A stretch of 64,000 bases of DNA from an uncultured Anaerolineales bacterium. GTDB taxonomy: Bacteria; Chloroflexota; Anaerolineae; Epilineales; Epilineaceae. The notes under the pieces are model-generated. The model was not told where the DNA came from. It saw only the letters and a list, made by a program, of their open reading frames with translations, and made no database searches. The stretch is taken from the NCBI GenBank assembly GCA_964651245.1, contig CAZYVI010000016.1, positions 11,492-75,491 of the forward strand, written 5' to 3'. A program made the position numbers and the translations under genes. Of this stretch, positions 47,852 to 58,128 are shown one piece after another (within the stretch, counting starts at the first letter, position 1; the number at the start of each line of letters is the position of its first letter).

Positions 47852-48673
47852 TCAGGCGCGGATCACCCTCCGCCGGGCGACGACGACGAGCGTCATCCCG
47901 CGCTCGAGGCGCCGAAAGACGCGGTCGACGCGCAGCAGCCACGGCATGACGCGGGCATAGGCGCGGTAGGGCAGGCTGTCGCCGATCGCGCCGAAGGTGT
48001 GGGCGCGACCGCTGCGCCGCAGCCATCGATCGTAGCCGCGCATGACCAGCCGCTGGAACGGGAAGCCCTCGGTCCCGATCTCGACGACGTCGAAGTCCCA
48101 CAGCAGCCGCCGCAGCTCGTCGGCCGTGAAGCGTGTGACGTGGCCGGCGTAGTCGTCCATCGCCGTCCAGAGGCGGCGGTCGTGGGGGGTGGTGAGGATC
48201 AGGACGCCGCCGGGCCGGAGCACCTGGCGGGCGTACTCGACGACCCGCTCGGGCGCCTCGACGTGCTCGATCACCTCGCTGCAGACGGCCAGCCCGAACC
48301 GGCCGACCCACTCGGCCGGCGGCGCGGCGGTGGCGTCGCCCACGCGGAACGCGGCCCGTCCCTCCAGCCCCTCGGCCGCCGCCGTCGCCGACGCCAGCGC
48401 CACGGCGCGATCGGACGGGTCGACGCCGTGGACGGCGTAGCCGGCGCGCGCCAGCGCCAGCGACGTTCGCCCGACGCCGCAGCCGATGTCGACCGCCGCC
48501 GCGTCGCGCCCGGCGGCGACGGCGGCCGGCGCGTCCGGCAGCGGCGCGTGGCGGCGCGCCAGGGCCACAATCGTGCGGGTGAGGTGGCGCAGGAGCGGGT
48601 CGCGGTGCTGGCTGTCGAGCAGGGCCGCCGTCGGCGCGTCGTAGATCGCCATGTGCCCGACGGACTGCGTCAT
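47852..48673 (-). CDS. Class I SAM-dependent methyltransferase
   Basis: 'VDIGCGVGRTSLALARAG' is motif I, followed by 'CSEVIEHV'. Its ATG (48673) overlaps the pdxT stop (ATGA). The stop is 8 nt from the convergent gene's stop. Confidence 0.7.
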   Translation of the reverse strand: MTQSVGHMAIYDAPTAALLDSQHRDPLLRHLTRTIVALARRHAPLPDAPAAVAAGRDAAAVDIGCGVGRTSLALARAGYAVHGVDPSDRAVALASATAAAEGLEGRAAFRVGDATAAPPAEWVGRFGLAVCSEVIEHVEAPERVVEYARQVLRPGGVLILTTPHDRRLWTAMDDYAGHVTRFTADELRRLLWDFDVVEIGTEGFPFQRLVMRGYDRWLRRSGRAHTFGAIGDSLPYRAYARVMPWLLRVDRVFRRLERGMTLVVVARRRVIRA

Positions 48674-49299
48674 CGCCCGTCTCCGGCGGCCGCGGTGCTC
48701 GCCGCGATGTCCGCCGCGGGCGCGCCGTGGGCCTGGCACAGCGCCACGAACAGGCGGTGGAGCCGGTCGTCGCCGGTCAGCTCGGGGTGGAACGCCGTCG
48801 CCAGCAGCCGCCCCTGCCGCACCGCGACGATCCGCCCGTCGTCGAGCGTCGCCAGGACCTCGACGGTCGGACCGGCGTGGCGAACGGCCGGGGCGCGGAT
48901 GAACACGGCCCGGAACGGCCCGCCGGGCAGGCCGGCGATCACCAGGTCCGTCTCGAACGAGAACACCTGCGGGCCGAACGCGTTGCGGTCGACCGCGACG
49001 TCGAGGCCGCCGACGAGCGGCTGCGGGTGGCCGGCGTCGCGGGCGAGCAGGACGAGGCCGGCGCACGTGCCCCAGACGGCGCCGCCGTGCTCGACATAAC
49101 GACGCAGGGCATCGAGGACCCCGTCCTCGCGCGCCACGAGCCCGATCGCCGTCGACTCGCCACCCGGGAGGACCACACCGTCGAGTCCGTCGAGGTCGGC
49201 TGGGCGGCGGACGAGCCGGACCTCGGCGCCGCAGCGGCGCAGGGCGGCGGCGTGCTCGGTCACGTCGCCCTGGATGGCCAGCACGCCGACGGTCGTCAC
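48670..49299 (-). CDS. pdxT: Pyridoxal 5'-phosphate synthase glutaminase subunit PdxT
   Basis: '[17 protein letters not shown]...[10 protein letters not shown]...[10 protein letters not shown]...HPE' contains the class I glutamine amidotransferase Cys-His-Glu triad. The GTG start (49299) overlaps the pdxS stop (GTGA). Confidence 0.85.
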   Translation of the reverse strand: MTTVGVLAIQGDVTEHAAALRRCGAEVRLVRRPADLDGLDGVVLPGGESTAIGLVAREDGVLDALRRYVEHGGAVWGTCAGLVLLARDAGHPQPLVGGLDVAVDRNAFGPQVFSFETDLVIAGLPGGPFRAVFIRAPAVRHAGPTVEVLATLDDGRIVAVRQGRLLATAFHPELTGDDRLHRLFVALCQAHGAPAADIAASTAAAGDGR

Positions 49300-50186
49300 C
49301 AGCCGCGCTCCGCCAGGCGCTCGGCGGCGGCGATGTCGGCCACCTGGCGGCCGCGCATCGGGGCGCCGATGCCGCGGCTCACCTCGACCAGGACGGCCGG
49401 ATCGTCGAAGTGCGCCGTGGCGCGGACGATGGCCCGCGCCGCCTGGGCGGGTTGCTCGCTCTTGAAGATGCCCGAGCCGACGAACACGCCATCGACCCCC
49501 AGCTGCATCATGAGCGCCGCGTCGGCCGGCGTCGCCACGCCGCCGGCGGCGAAGTTCACGACCGGCAGCTGGCCGCTCGCGGCGACGCCGCGGATGAGCT
49601 CCAGCGGCGCGCCGAGGTCCTTGGCGGCGCCGACGAGCTGCTCGGCGCCGAGCGTCGTCAGGCGGCGCATCTCGCCGACCACCGCCCGGGCGTGGCGCAC
49701 GGCCTCGACGATGTCGCCCGTGCCGGCTTCGCCCTTGGTCCGGATCATCGCCGCGCCCTCGCCGATCCGGCGCAGCGCCTCGCCGAGGTTGCGGCAGCCG
49801 CAGACGAACGGCACCGTAAACGCGTGCTTGTCGATGTGGTGGGCCTCGTCGGCCGGCGTGAGCACCTCGCTCTCGTCGATATAGTCGACGCCGAGCTGCT
49901 GCAGGATCTGGGCCTCGACGAAGTGCCCGATGCGGGCCTTGGCCATCACCGGGATCGTGACCGTCCGGACGATCTCCTCGATCTTCTCGATCGCCGCCAT
50001 ACGCGCCACGCCGCCCTCGGCGCGGATGTCGGCCGGCACGCGCTCGAGCGCCATCACGGCCACGGCGCCGGCGTCCTCGGCGATCTTGGCCTGTTCGGCG
50101 GTGGTGACGTCCATGATGACGCCGCCCTTGAGCATCTGCGCCATGCCGGTCTTGACCCGCCACGTTCCGGTCTCGCGCTCCACCGT
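49296..50186 (-). CDS. pdxS: Pyridoxal 5'-phosphate synthase lyase subunit PdxS
   Basis: '[51 protein letters not shown]...' is a near-canonical PdxS. The GTG start at 50186 is preceded by AGGAGGG. Confidence 0.9.
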   Translation of the reverse strand, partial: TVERETGTWRVKTGMAQMLKGGVIMDVTTAEQAKIAEDAGAVAVMALERVPADIRAEGGVARMAAIEKIEEIVRTVTIPVMAKARIGHFVEAQILQQLGVDYIDESEVLTPADEAHHIDKHAFTVPFVCGCRNLGEALRRIGEGAAMIRTKGEAGTGDIVEAVRHARAVVGEMRRLTTLGAEQLVGAAKDLGAPLELIRGVAASGQLPVVNFAAGGVATPADAALMMQLGVDGVFVGSGIFKSEQPAQAARAIVRATAHFDDPAVLVEVSRGIGAPMRGRQVADIAAAERLAERGW

Positions 50187-50317
50187 GCCGCCCTCCTGTC
50201 TCGCAGACCCGCGTCGCCCGCGGCGCCGCCCGAACGCCGGCCGATCGATCACGGCGCGGCCGGTCGCGCCAAGTGTGCCACGCCGCCGCTCCGCGGCCCA
50301 AGCTACGGCGCGGACGC

Positions 50318-50347
50318 TTGACCGTGACGCGTCGCCCTTCCTATAAT
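50318..50347 (+). promoter_or_regulatory. Sigma-70-like promoter upstream of secD (TTGACC, 18-nt spacer, TATAAT)
   Basis: 'cgcTTGACCgtgacgcgtcgcccttccTATAATcgcccgcc'. The -10 element is followed by CGCC, as at several other operon starts in this window. The leader to the secD start is about 115 nt. Confidence 0.45.
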
Positions 50348-50467
50348 CGCCCGCCGCTGCGCCGCCAGGTCGCGCCGGCGATGCCGTGAACCCCACCGTC
50401 CGCGCCGCGCCGCGCCCTCGGGCCGCGTCACGGTCAGGTCGACCACCATCCGCCGTGTCGAGGTGCC

Positions 50468-52237
<1,770 letters not shown>

Positions 52238-52317
52238 GCCGCGGCTGAACGGGGCCGGCGCCAGCGCGGCGCCGGCGGCACGGGTCGGCCCGCGGCCGGG
52301 ATCGAGGGAGGCGCACC

Positions 52318-52758
52318 GTGCAGCAGCTGCTCGTCCGCGACTGGATGACCCGCGACCCGTTGACGTGCGGCGCCGACATCAGCGTCGCTGCGGCCCGCGC
52401 CCGGATGGAGCGCGACGACGTCCACAGCCTGCTGGTCGTCGACCCGGACGGCCGGCTGCGGGGCGTGGTCACCTGGACCGACGTCGTGGCCGCCTGGCCG
52501 TCGCCGTTCGACGACCTCGAGTCGGCGGCGGTGCGCGAGCTCATGGCCCGCGTCGGCGTCGAGGAGATCATGAGCCGCGATGTCGTCGCCATCGAGCCCG
52601 ACGCCACCGTGGCCGAAGCGGTGAACCTGATGTTCGAGCGCAAGATCGGCCTGTTGCCGGTCGTGGCCGAGGGGCGCGTCGTCGGGATCGTGACGAACGG
52701 CGACCTGCGGCAGGGCTTGGTGCGCGTCCTGGCCGAGCGCGGCGGGGGCGGCGGGTGA
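52318..52758 (+). CDS. CBS-pair domain protein
   Basis: GTG at 52318 is preceded by GGGAGG. Two CBS motifs ('VRDWMTRDPLTCGADISVAAARARMERDDVHSLLVV', 'IMSRDVVAIEPDATVAEAVNLMFERKIGLLPVV'). The stop overlaps the next start (GTGA). Confidence 0.7.
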   Translation: MQQLLVRDWMTRDPLTCGADISVAAARARMERDDVHSLLVVDPDGRLRGVVTWTDVVAAWPSPFDDLESAAVRELMARVGVEEIMSRDVVAIEPDATVAEAVNLMFERKIGLLPVVAEGRVVGIVTNGDLRQGLVRVLAERGGGGG

Positions 52759-53690
52759 CGTCCGCGCCGTCCGGCGCGGCGATCGAGGTCGCGGGCCTCG
52801 TCAAGCGCTACGGCGCGTTCGTCGCGGTCGACGATCTCTCGTTCGATGTCGGCCGCGGCGAGATCTTCGGCCTGCTCGGGCCGAACGGGGCCGGCAAGAC
52901 GTCGACGATCCGGATGCTGCTGGGCCTGTTGGCGCCGTCGGCCGGCCGGATGGCGGTCCTCGGTTCCGACGACGTCCGCACCGTCCTGCCCCAGATCGGC
53001 TACCTGCCCGAGGAGCGCGGCCTCTACCGCGACGTCCGCGTCGGCGATTGCCTCGCCTACCTGGCCGGGCTCAAGGGCGTGTCGTCGGCCGATGCGCGCC
53101 GGCGCATCACGGCGGGCTTGGAGGCGCTCGAGCTGCCGGGCATGGAGCGGCGCGTCATCAAGACGCTGTCGCGCGGCCAGCAGCAGAAGGTCCAGTTCCT
53201 GGCCACCGTCGTCCACCGCCCGGCCTTGCTCGTGATCGACGAGCCGTTCAGCGGCCTCGACCCGGTGAACACGCGCGTCCTCAGCGAGTTCCTGCGCGGC
53301 CTGCGCGCCGACGGGACGACGATCGTCATGTGCTCGCACCAGATGAACCGCGTCGAAGAGCTCTGCGACCGGCTGCTGATGCTCCACGGCGGTCGGCGCG
53401 TGCTCTACGGCGGCGTCACCGAGATCCGGCGCACCTACGCCGGCGACCGCGTGCGCGTCGACGTCGCCGGCGGGCCCGCCCTGGCGCGCCTGGCGAACCT
53501 GCCGGGCGTGGCCGGCGCCGAGGCCGACGGCGACGCCGCCCTGCTGCGGCTGGCGCCGGGCGCCTCGCTCGCCAGCCTGCTGCGGGAGCTCGCCGGCCAC
53601 ACCGATTTCGACCTCCAGCGGATCGAGGTCTACTTGCCGTCGCTCGAGGAGATCTTCCTCGAGGTGGCCGACGGCCCGCGCGCGGCATGA
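52755..53690 (+). CDS. ABC transporter ATP-binding protein (ABC-2 / DrrA-like)
   Basis: Walker A 'GPNGAGKTST', the signature 'LSRGQQQKV', and Walker B 'LLVIDEPFSGLD'. It is overlap-coupled on both sides. Confidence 0.85.
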   Translation: MTSAPSGAAIEVAGLVKRYGAFVAVDDLSFDVGRGEIFGLLGPNGAGKTSTIRMLLGLLAPSAGRMAVLGSDDVRTVLPQIGYLPEERGLYRDVRVGDCLAYLAGLKGVSSADARRRITAGLEALELPGMERRVIKTLSRGQQQKVQFLATVVHRPALLVIDEPFSGLDPVNTRVLSEFLRGLRADGTTIVMCSHQMNRVEELCDRLLMLHGGRRVLYGGVTEIRRTYAGDRVRVDVAGGPALARLANLPGVAGAEADGDAALLRLAPGASLASLLRELAGHTDFDLQRIEVYLPSLEEIFLEVADGPRAA

Positions 53691-54871
53691 CGTCCTTCGG
53701 TCGGGTGGCGCGGTTCGAGTACCTGCGCCACCTGCGCTCGAGGCAGTTCTTGGGCACGACGCTGGGCATGCCGGCCTTCATGCTGGTGGTCGGGGCGTTC
53801 GCCGCATGGTCGGGTCGCGCGGCGGAGCGCCAGACGGTCCAGCCGTGGGGCATCGTGCGCGACGGCCTGCCGGCCGCGTCCGACACCGCCCTCGAGGCCG
53901 CCCGCTGGACGCCGTTCGTCGATGCGGCGGCGGCCGAGGCCGCGCTGCAGGCCGGATCGATCGGCGGCTACGCCGTGCGCGACGGCGTGGCGCGCTACGC
54001 GGTACGGGCGTGGGAGCCACTGCCGGACGGCCTCGCCGCCTCGCTGCGCGCGGCCGTCGCGGCCGAGGCCGCCGCGGCCGCGCCCGCGGACGTCCGTCCG
54101 GCGTGGGCGGAGCCTGCGCGCGTTCGGTTCGCCCTCGCCCAGGCCCCCGACGACGCCCGCTCGGAGTCGAGCCTTTGGGTCACGTTCGGGCTGGCCTTCG
54201 CCGTCCCGCTGGCCCTCACGCTGGCGGTGCTGTTCTCCACCACGCTCTTGGTGACGGCGGTGGCCGAGGAGAAGTCGAACCGGCTGCTGGAGTGCCTCGC
54301 GACGTCGGTGTCGCCGACGGCGCTGGTGTCGGGCAAGGTCGTCGGCCTCGGTCTGCTGGCGCTCACCCAGCTGACGGTCTGGGCGATCGCCGGCGCCGCC
54401 GCCGTTCAGCTCGCGCTGCGGGTCGGGCTGCCGGCCGACGCGCTGGCCGCGCTGCCGTGGTCGGCGATCGCGTGGTCCTTGCTCTGGCTGCTGGGCGGCT
54501 TCCTGCTCCAGGCGGCCGTCGTCGTCGCGCTCGGGATCGCCGTCGGCGAGCCGCGCGAGGCCCAGCAGCTGGCGTCCCTCGCCAGCCTCGGCCTCGTCGT
54601 GCCGTTCAGCCTGACCGGGCTGCTGCTCTTCCGCCCGGCCAGTCCCGCCGCCGTCGCGCTGTCGATCGTGCCGCTCACGTCGCCCGTGGCGATGCCGATC
54701 CGGCTGCTGCTGTCGGCGGTGCCGACGCGCGACATGGTCTGGTCCGGCGCGCTCTTGGCCGTGACCGCCGTCGCCGCGCTGCGCGCGGCCGGGCTGGTGT
54801 TCCGCTGGGCGATGCTGCGGCCGCCGCTGCGCCTGCCGCGCCTCGGTAGCCGCCGGACGGTTGCGGCGTGA
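53687..54871 (+). CDS. ABC-2 type transporter permease
   Basis: ATGA overlap. An N-terminal TM helix and a large extracytoplasmic loop are followed by a 6-TM bundle ('VAEEKSNRLLECLATSVSP' is the ABC-2 conserved region). Confidence 0.7.
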   Translation: MTSFGRVARFEYLRHLRSRQFLGTTLGMPAFMLVVGAFAAWSGRAAERQTVQPWGIVRDGLPAASDTALEAARWTPFVDAAAAEAALQAGSIGGYAVRDGVARYAVRAWEPLPDGLAASLRAAVAAEAAAAAPADVRPAWAEPARVRFALAQAPDDARSESSLWVTFGLAFAVPLALTLAVLFSTTLLVTAVAEEKSNRLLECLATSVSPTALVSGKVVGLGLLALTQLTVWAIAGAAAVQLALRVGLPADALAALPWSAIAWSLLWLLGGFLLQAAVVVALGIAVGEPREAQQLASLASLGLVVPFSLTGLLLFRPASPAAVALSIVPLTSPVAMPIRLLLSAVPTRDMVWSGALLAVTAVAALRAAGLVFRWAMLRPPLRLPRLGSRRTVAA

Positions 54872-56175
54872 TCGCGGCCCGGCTGTCGGCGGTCGGGCTG
54901 GTGGCGCGCCGCGAGTTCGCGTGGCACGTGCGCCGTCGCTCGTTCCTGGTCACGACGTTCGGCCTGCCGGTACTCGGGCTGCTGGTGGCCGGTTCGACCG
55001 CCCTGTTCGGCGCCGGGGCGGCGCTCCAGGTCGGGGCGTCCGTCGGGCGCGCGCTCGAGGTGGACGAGCTGCGCCGCGCCGCCAGCCAGCCGCGCGTGGG
55101 GCTCGTCGTGGCCGGCGGCGACGGCGCGGCGGTCGCCGCGGCCGCGAAGGCCGCCGGCGCCGACGCGACCCTGCTGGATGACCTGGCCGCCGCCCGCGCC
55201 GCGCTGGCCGACGGCACCGTCGACAGCGTGTTCGTCGTCCCCGACCGCACGACGGGCACCGTCGACGTCGTGCGCTTGGCGCGGTCGTGGGCGCCGCCGA
55301 GCGCTGACGTATCGGCGGTTGTCGCCGCCCTGCGAACCCGCGCCTGGCCATTGGCGCCGGCCGACCTGACCGCGGCGCTGGCGCGGCCCCAATCGCGCAT
55401 CGCCGTGACGACGGTGCCGCCGCCCGCGCCGGTGGCGGCCGCGGCCAGCGCCGCCCGCGAGGCCGACGATCCGTCGCGCATCGGCCTGGCCGTGGCGGTC
55501 GGCCTGCTGCTCTACACGACGATCTTCACCGCGTCGTCATTCCTGATGCAGAGCGTGACCACCGAGAAGGAAAGCCGCGTGATCGAGGTCCTGCTGACCT
55601 CGATCACGCCGCTGGAGCTGCTGGCCGGCAAGGTGATCGGGCTCGGCTGGTTGGGGGCGCTGCAGCTCGCGGTTTGGGCCGGTTTCGGCTTGGCGGGGCT
55701 GAACATCGCCGCCGTCGCCGCCGCGGCGTTGGCCACCGCCCATTTCGGACCGGCGACGATCGTGTTGGCCGCGACCTACTTCGTGCTGGGCTACGTCTTC
55801 TATGCCAGCCTGATGGGCGCGGTCGGCGCGCTGGTGCCGTCGTTCCAGGAGAGCGGCCCGTTGACGTTCGTCGTGCTGCTGCCGGCGTGGCTGCCGTTCT
55901 TCGTCTTCGAGCTGCTCCTTCGGCATCCCCACGGCTGGATCAGCCGCGGGCTGAGCCTGTTCCCGCCGACCGCGCCGCTGGTCATGACGCTGCGGCTCAC
56001 CAGCGGCGGCGTCCCGTGGACCGACGTGGCGCTCAGCCTGGCCCTGCTGCTCGTCGGCGCCGGCGCCGTGCTCGTCGGCGCCGCGCGGGTGTTCAACACG
56101 TCGCGGCTGCTGGCGGGCGAGGGCTTCTCGCTGCGGCGCGGCTGGGTGCTGCTGCGCGGCCGGTCCGCCGCCTGA
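54868..56175 (+). CDS. ABC-2 type transporter permease (second membrane subunit)
   Basis: GTGA overlap. 'SVTTEKESRVIEVLLTSITP' is the ABC-2 motif. The topology matches the previous gene. Confidence 0.7.
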   Translation: MIAARLSAVGLVARREFAWHVRRRSFLVTTFGLPVLGLLVAGSTALFGAGAALQVGASVGRALEVDELRRAASQPRVGLVVAGGDGAAVAAAAKAAGADATLLDDLAAARAALADGTVDSVFVVPDRTTGTVDVVRLARSWAPPSADVSAVVAALRTRAWPLAPADLTAALARPQSRIAVTTVPPPAPVAAAASAAREADDPSRIGLAVAVGLLLYTTIFTASSFLMQSVTTEKESRVIEVLLTSITPLELLAGKVIGLGWLGALQLAVWAGFGLAGLNIAAVAAAALATAHFGPATIVLAATYFVLGYVFYASLMGAVGALVPSFQESGPLTFVVLLPAWLPFFVFELLLRHPHGWISRGLSLFPPTAPLVMTLRLTSGGVPWTDVALSLALLLVGAGAVLVGAARVFNTSRLLAGEGFSLRRGWVLLRGRSAA

Positions 56176-56276
56176 CGGACCGCCGCCGACGCCGGGCGGC
56201 CTCGCGCCTTGCCCGCGCGCGGTGGCCGTGATAGCATCGCCCGGTCCGATTCCCCGTGCCTTGGAGTCCGCCGGCT

Positions 56277-57224
56277 ATGTTCGACATCATCGGCAAGCGC
56301 TACTGGTTCCTGGCCTTTTCGGCCCTGATCCTGATCCCCGGGCTGATCAGCATCGCGCTGTGGCGCATCCCGGTGTCGATCGACTACAAGGGCGGCACCG
56401 TCTACCACATGGAGTTCCCGGCCGGCACGGCCGTGACGGACGCCGACGTGGCGGCGGTCTATGCCGAGCAGGCGATCTCCGACGCCCAGGTCGTGACGGT
56501 CGTCGGGGATGAAGGCGCGCCGCCGGCGTTCCAGGTTCGCTCGAGCGAGGTGACGCCGGAGGCCAAGGCGAAGCTCGACGCGGCGCTGGAAGCGCGCTTT
56601 GGCCCGCACACCACGATGCGCTTCGAGTCGGTCGGCGCCTCGGTCGGCCGGATGGTGACCGTGAACGCCGCGATCGCCGTGCTGCTGTCGGCGTTGGCCA
56701 TCTGCTTCTACCTCACGGTCCAGTTCCGGCACATGCAGCACCCGGTGCGCTACGGCGTGGCCGCCATCGTCTCGCTGATCCACGACGTGCTGCTGGTGCT
56801 GGGCGTCGCGTCGCTGCTGGGCCACTTCCTGCACTGGGAGATCGACGCGCTGTTCCTCACCGCGCTCCTGACGGTGATCGGCTTCTCGGTCCACGACTCG
56901 ATCGTCGTCTTCGACCGGATCCGCGAGAACAGCGGGCGGCTGCGCGGCATGCCGTACGAGCGCATCGTCAACCACTCGATCGTCCAGACGCTCGATCGGT
57001 CGATCAACACCCAGCTCACGGCGCTGTTCACGCTGGTAGCCATCTACGTTTTCAGCTCCGGCCAGCTCGAGCGGTTCCTGTTCTGGCTCATCCTCGGGCT
57101 GATCAGCGGCACCTACTCCTCGATCGCCAACGCCGCGCCGATCCTGGTGATCTGGGCCAACCGCGAGTGGCGCGGCTGGTTCGGCCGCGGCCGCCGCGAT
57201 GGCGGCGTCGTGACGGCCGCCTGA
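56277..57224 (+). CDS. secF: Protein translocase subunit SecF
   Basis: 'MFDIIGKRYWFLAFSALILIPGLISIAL...IDYKGGT...' with six TM helices and the SecF signature 'HDVLLVLGVASLLG...DSIVVFDRIREN'. ATG at 56277 with GGAG 10 nt upstream. Confidence 0.85.
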   Translation: MFDIIGKRYWFLAFSALILIPGLISIALWRIPVSIDYKGGTVYHMEFPAGTAVTDADVAAVYAEQAISDAQVVTVVGDEGAPPAFQVRSSEVTPEAKAKLDAALEARFGPHTTMRFESVGASVGRMVTVNAAIAVLLSALAICFYLTVQFRHMQHPVRYGVAAIVSLIHDVLLVLGVASLLGHFLHWEIDALFLTALLTVIGFSVHDSIVVFDRIRENSGRLRGMPYERIVNHSIVQTLDRSINTQLTALFTLVAIYVFSSGQLERFLFWLILGLISGTYSSIANAAPILVIWANREWRGWFGRGRRDGGVVTAA

Positions 57225-57312
57225 TCGACTTGGGTGCGACGGCGACGATCCGATCGCTCTCCGCCGCATCGCGCGCGCCGGGCTTGGCACCGCGCTTGCT
57301 CAGCCGCTGCCC

Positions 57313-58128
57313 GTGATCCCGCCGCCCAGCGACCTCGATCCGGCCACGGCCGCGCCCAGCGACGGCGGTCCGTGGATGGTCGAGGCCGTCGATCTCGTCA
57401 AGCGCTACGGCGACGTCGACGCCCTCGACGGGCTGACGTTGCGCGTCGGCCGGGGCGAGATCTTCGGCTTCCTCGGCCCGAACGGCGCCGGCAAGACGAC
57501 GACGATCCGGATCCTTACCGGGCTCCTGCAGCCGAGCTCGGGCGTGGCCCGCATCGGCGGCCACGACCTGGCCACCGACCCGCTGGCGGCGCGGGCGCTC
57601 ATGTCGTTCATCCCCGACACGCCCTACCTCTACGAAAAGCTGACCGGCCGCGAGTTCATCCACTTCGTGGCCGGGCTCTACCGCACCCCGCCCGAGGTGG
57701 CCGAGCGACGCATGGCCGAGCTGCTGGCCGTGTTCGACTTGGCCGACCGCGCCGACGACCTCATCGAGGGCTACTCGCACGGGATGCGGCAGAAGACGCT
57801 GATGATCGCCGCGCTCGTCCACGACCCGGCGGTGCTGTTCCTCGACGAGCCGACCGTCGGCCTCGACCCGCGCTCGGCCAAGCTGATGCGCGACGTCTAC
57901 CGCCAGCTGGCGGCGCGCGGTACGACGATCTTCCTCTCGACCCACATCCTCGAGATCGCCGAGCGAATGTGCGACCGGATCGGCATCGTGAACCACGGCC
58001 GGCTCATCGCGCTGGGGACGATGGACGAGCTGCGGCACATGGCCGCCCAGAACGCGTCGCTCGAGGACATCTTCCTCGAGTTGACCGGCGGGGCGGCGTT
58101 CGCCGAGATCGCCCGGGTCCTGGCGTGA
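57313..58128 (+). CDS. ABC transporter ATP-binding protein
   Basis: Walker A 'GPNGAGKTTT', the signature 'YSHGMRQK', and Walker B 'VLFLDEPTVGLD'. The start is the GTG at 57313 or the ATG at 57376. The stop overlaps the next start (GTGA). Confidence 0.8.
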   Translation: MIPPPSDLDPATAAPSDGGPWMVEAVDLVKRYGDVDALDGLTLRVGRGEIFGFLGPNGAGKTTTIRILTGLLQPSSGVARIGGHDLATDPLAARALMSFIPDTPYLYEKLTGREFIHFVAGLYRTPPEVAERRMAELLAVFDLADRADDLIEGYSHGMRQKTLMIAALVHDPAVLFLDEPTVGLDPRSAKLMRDVYRQLAARGTTIFLSTHILEIAERMCDRIGIVNHGRLIALGTMDELRHMAAQNASLEDIFLELTGGAAFAEIARVLA

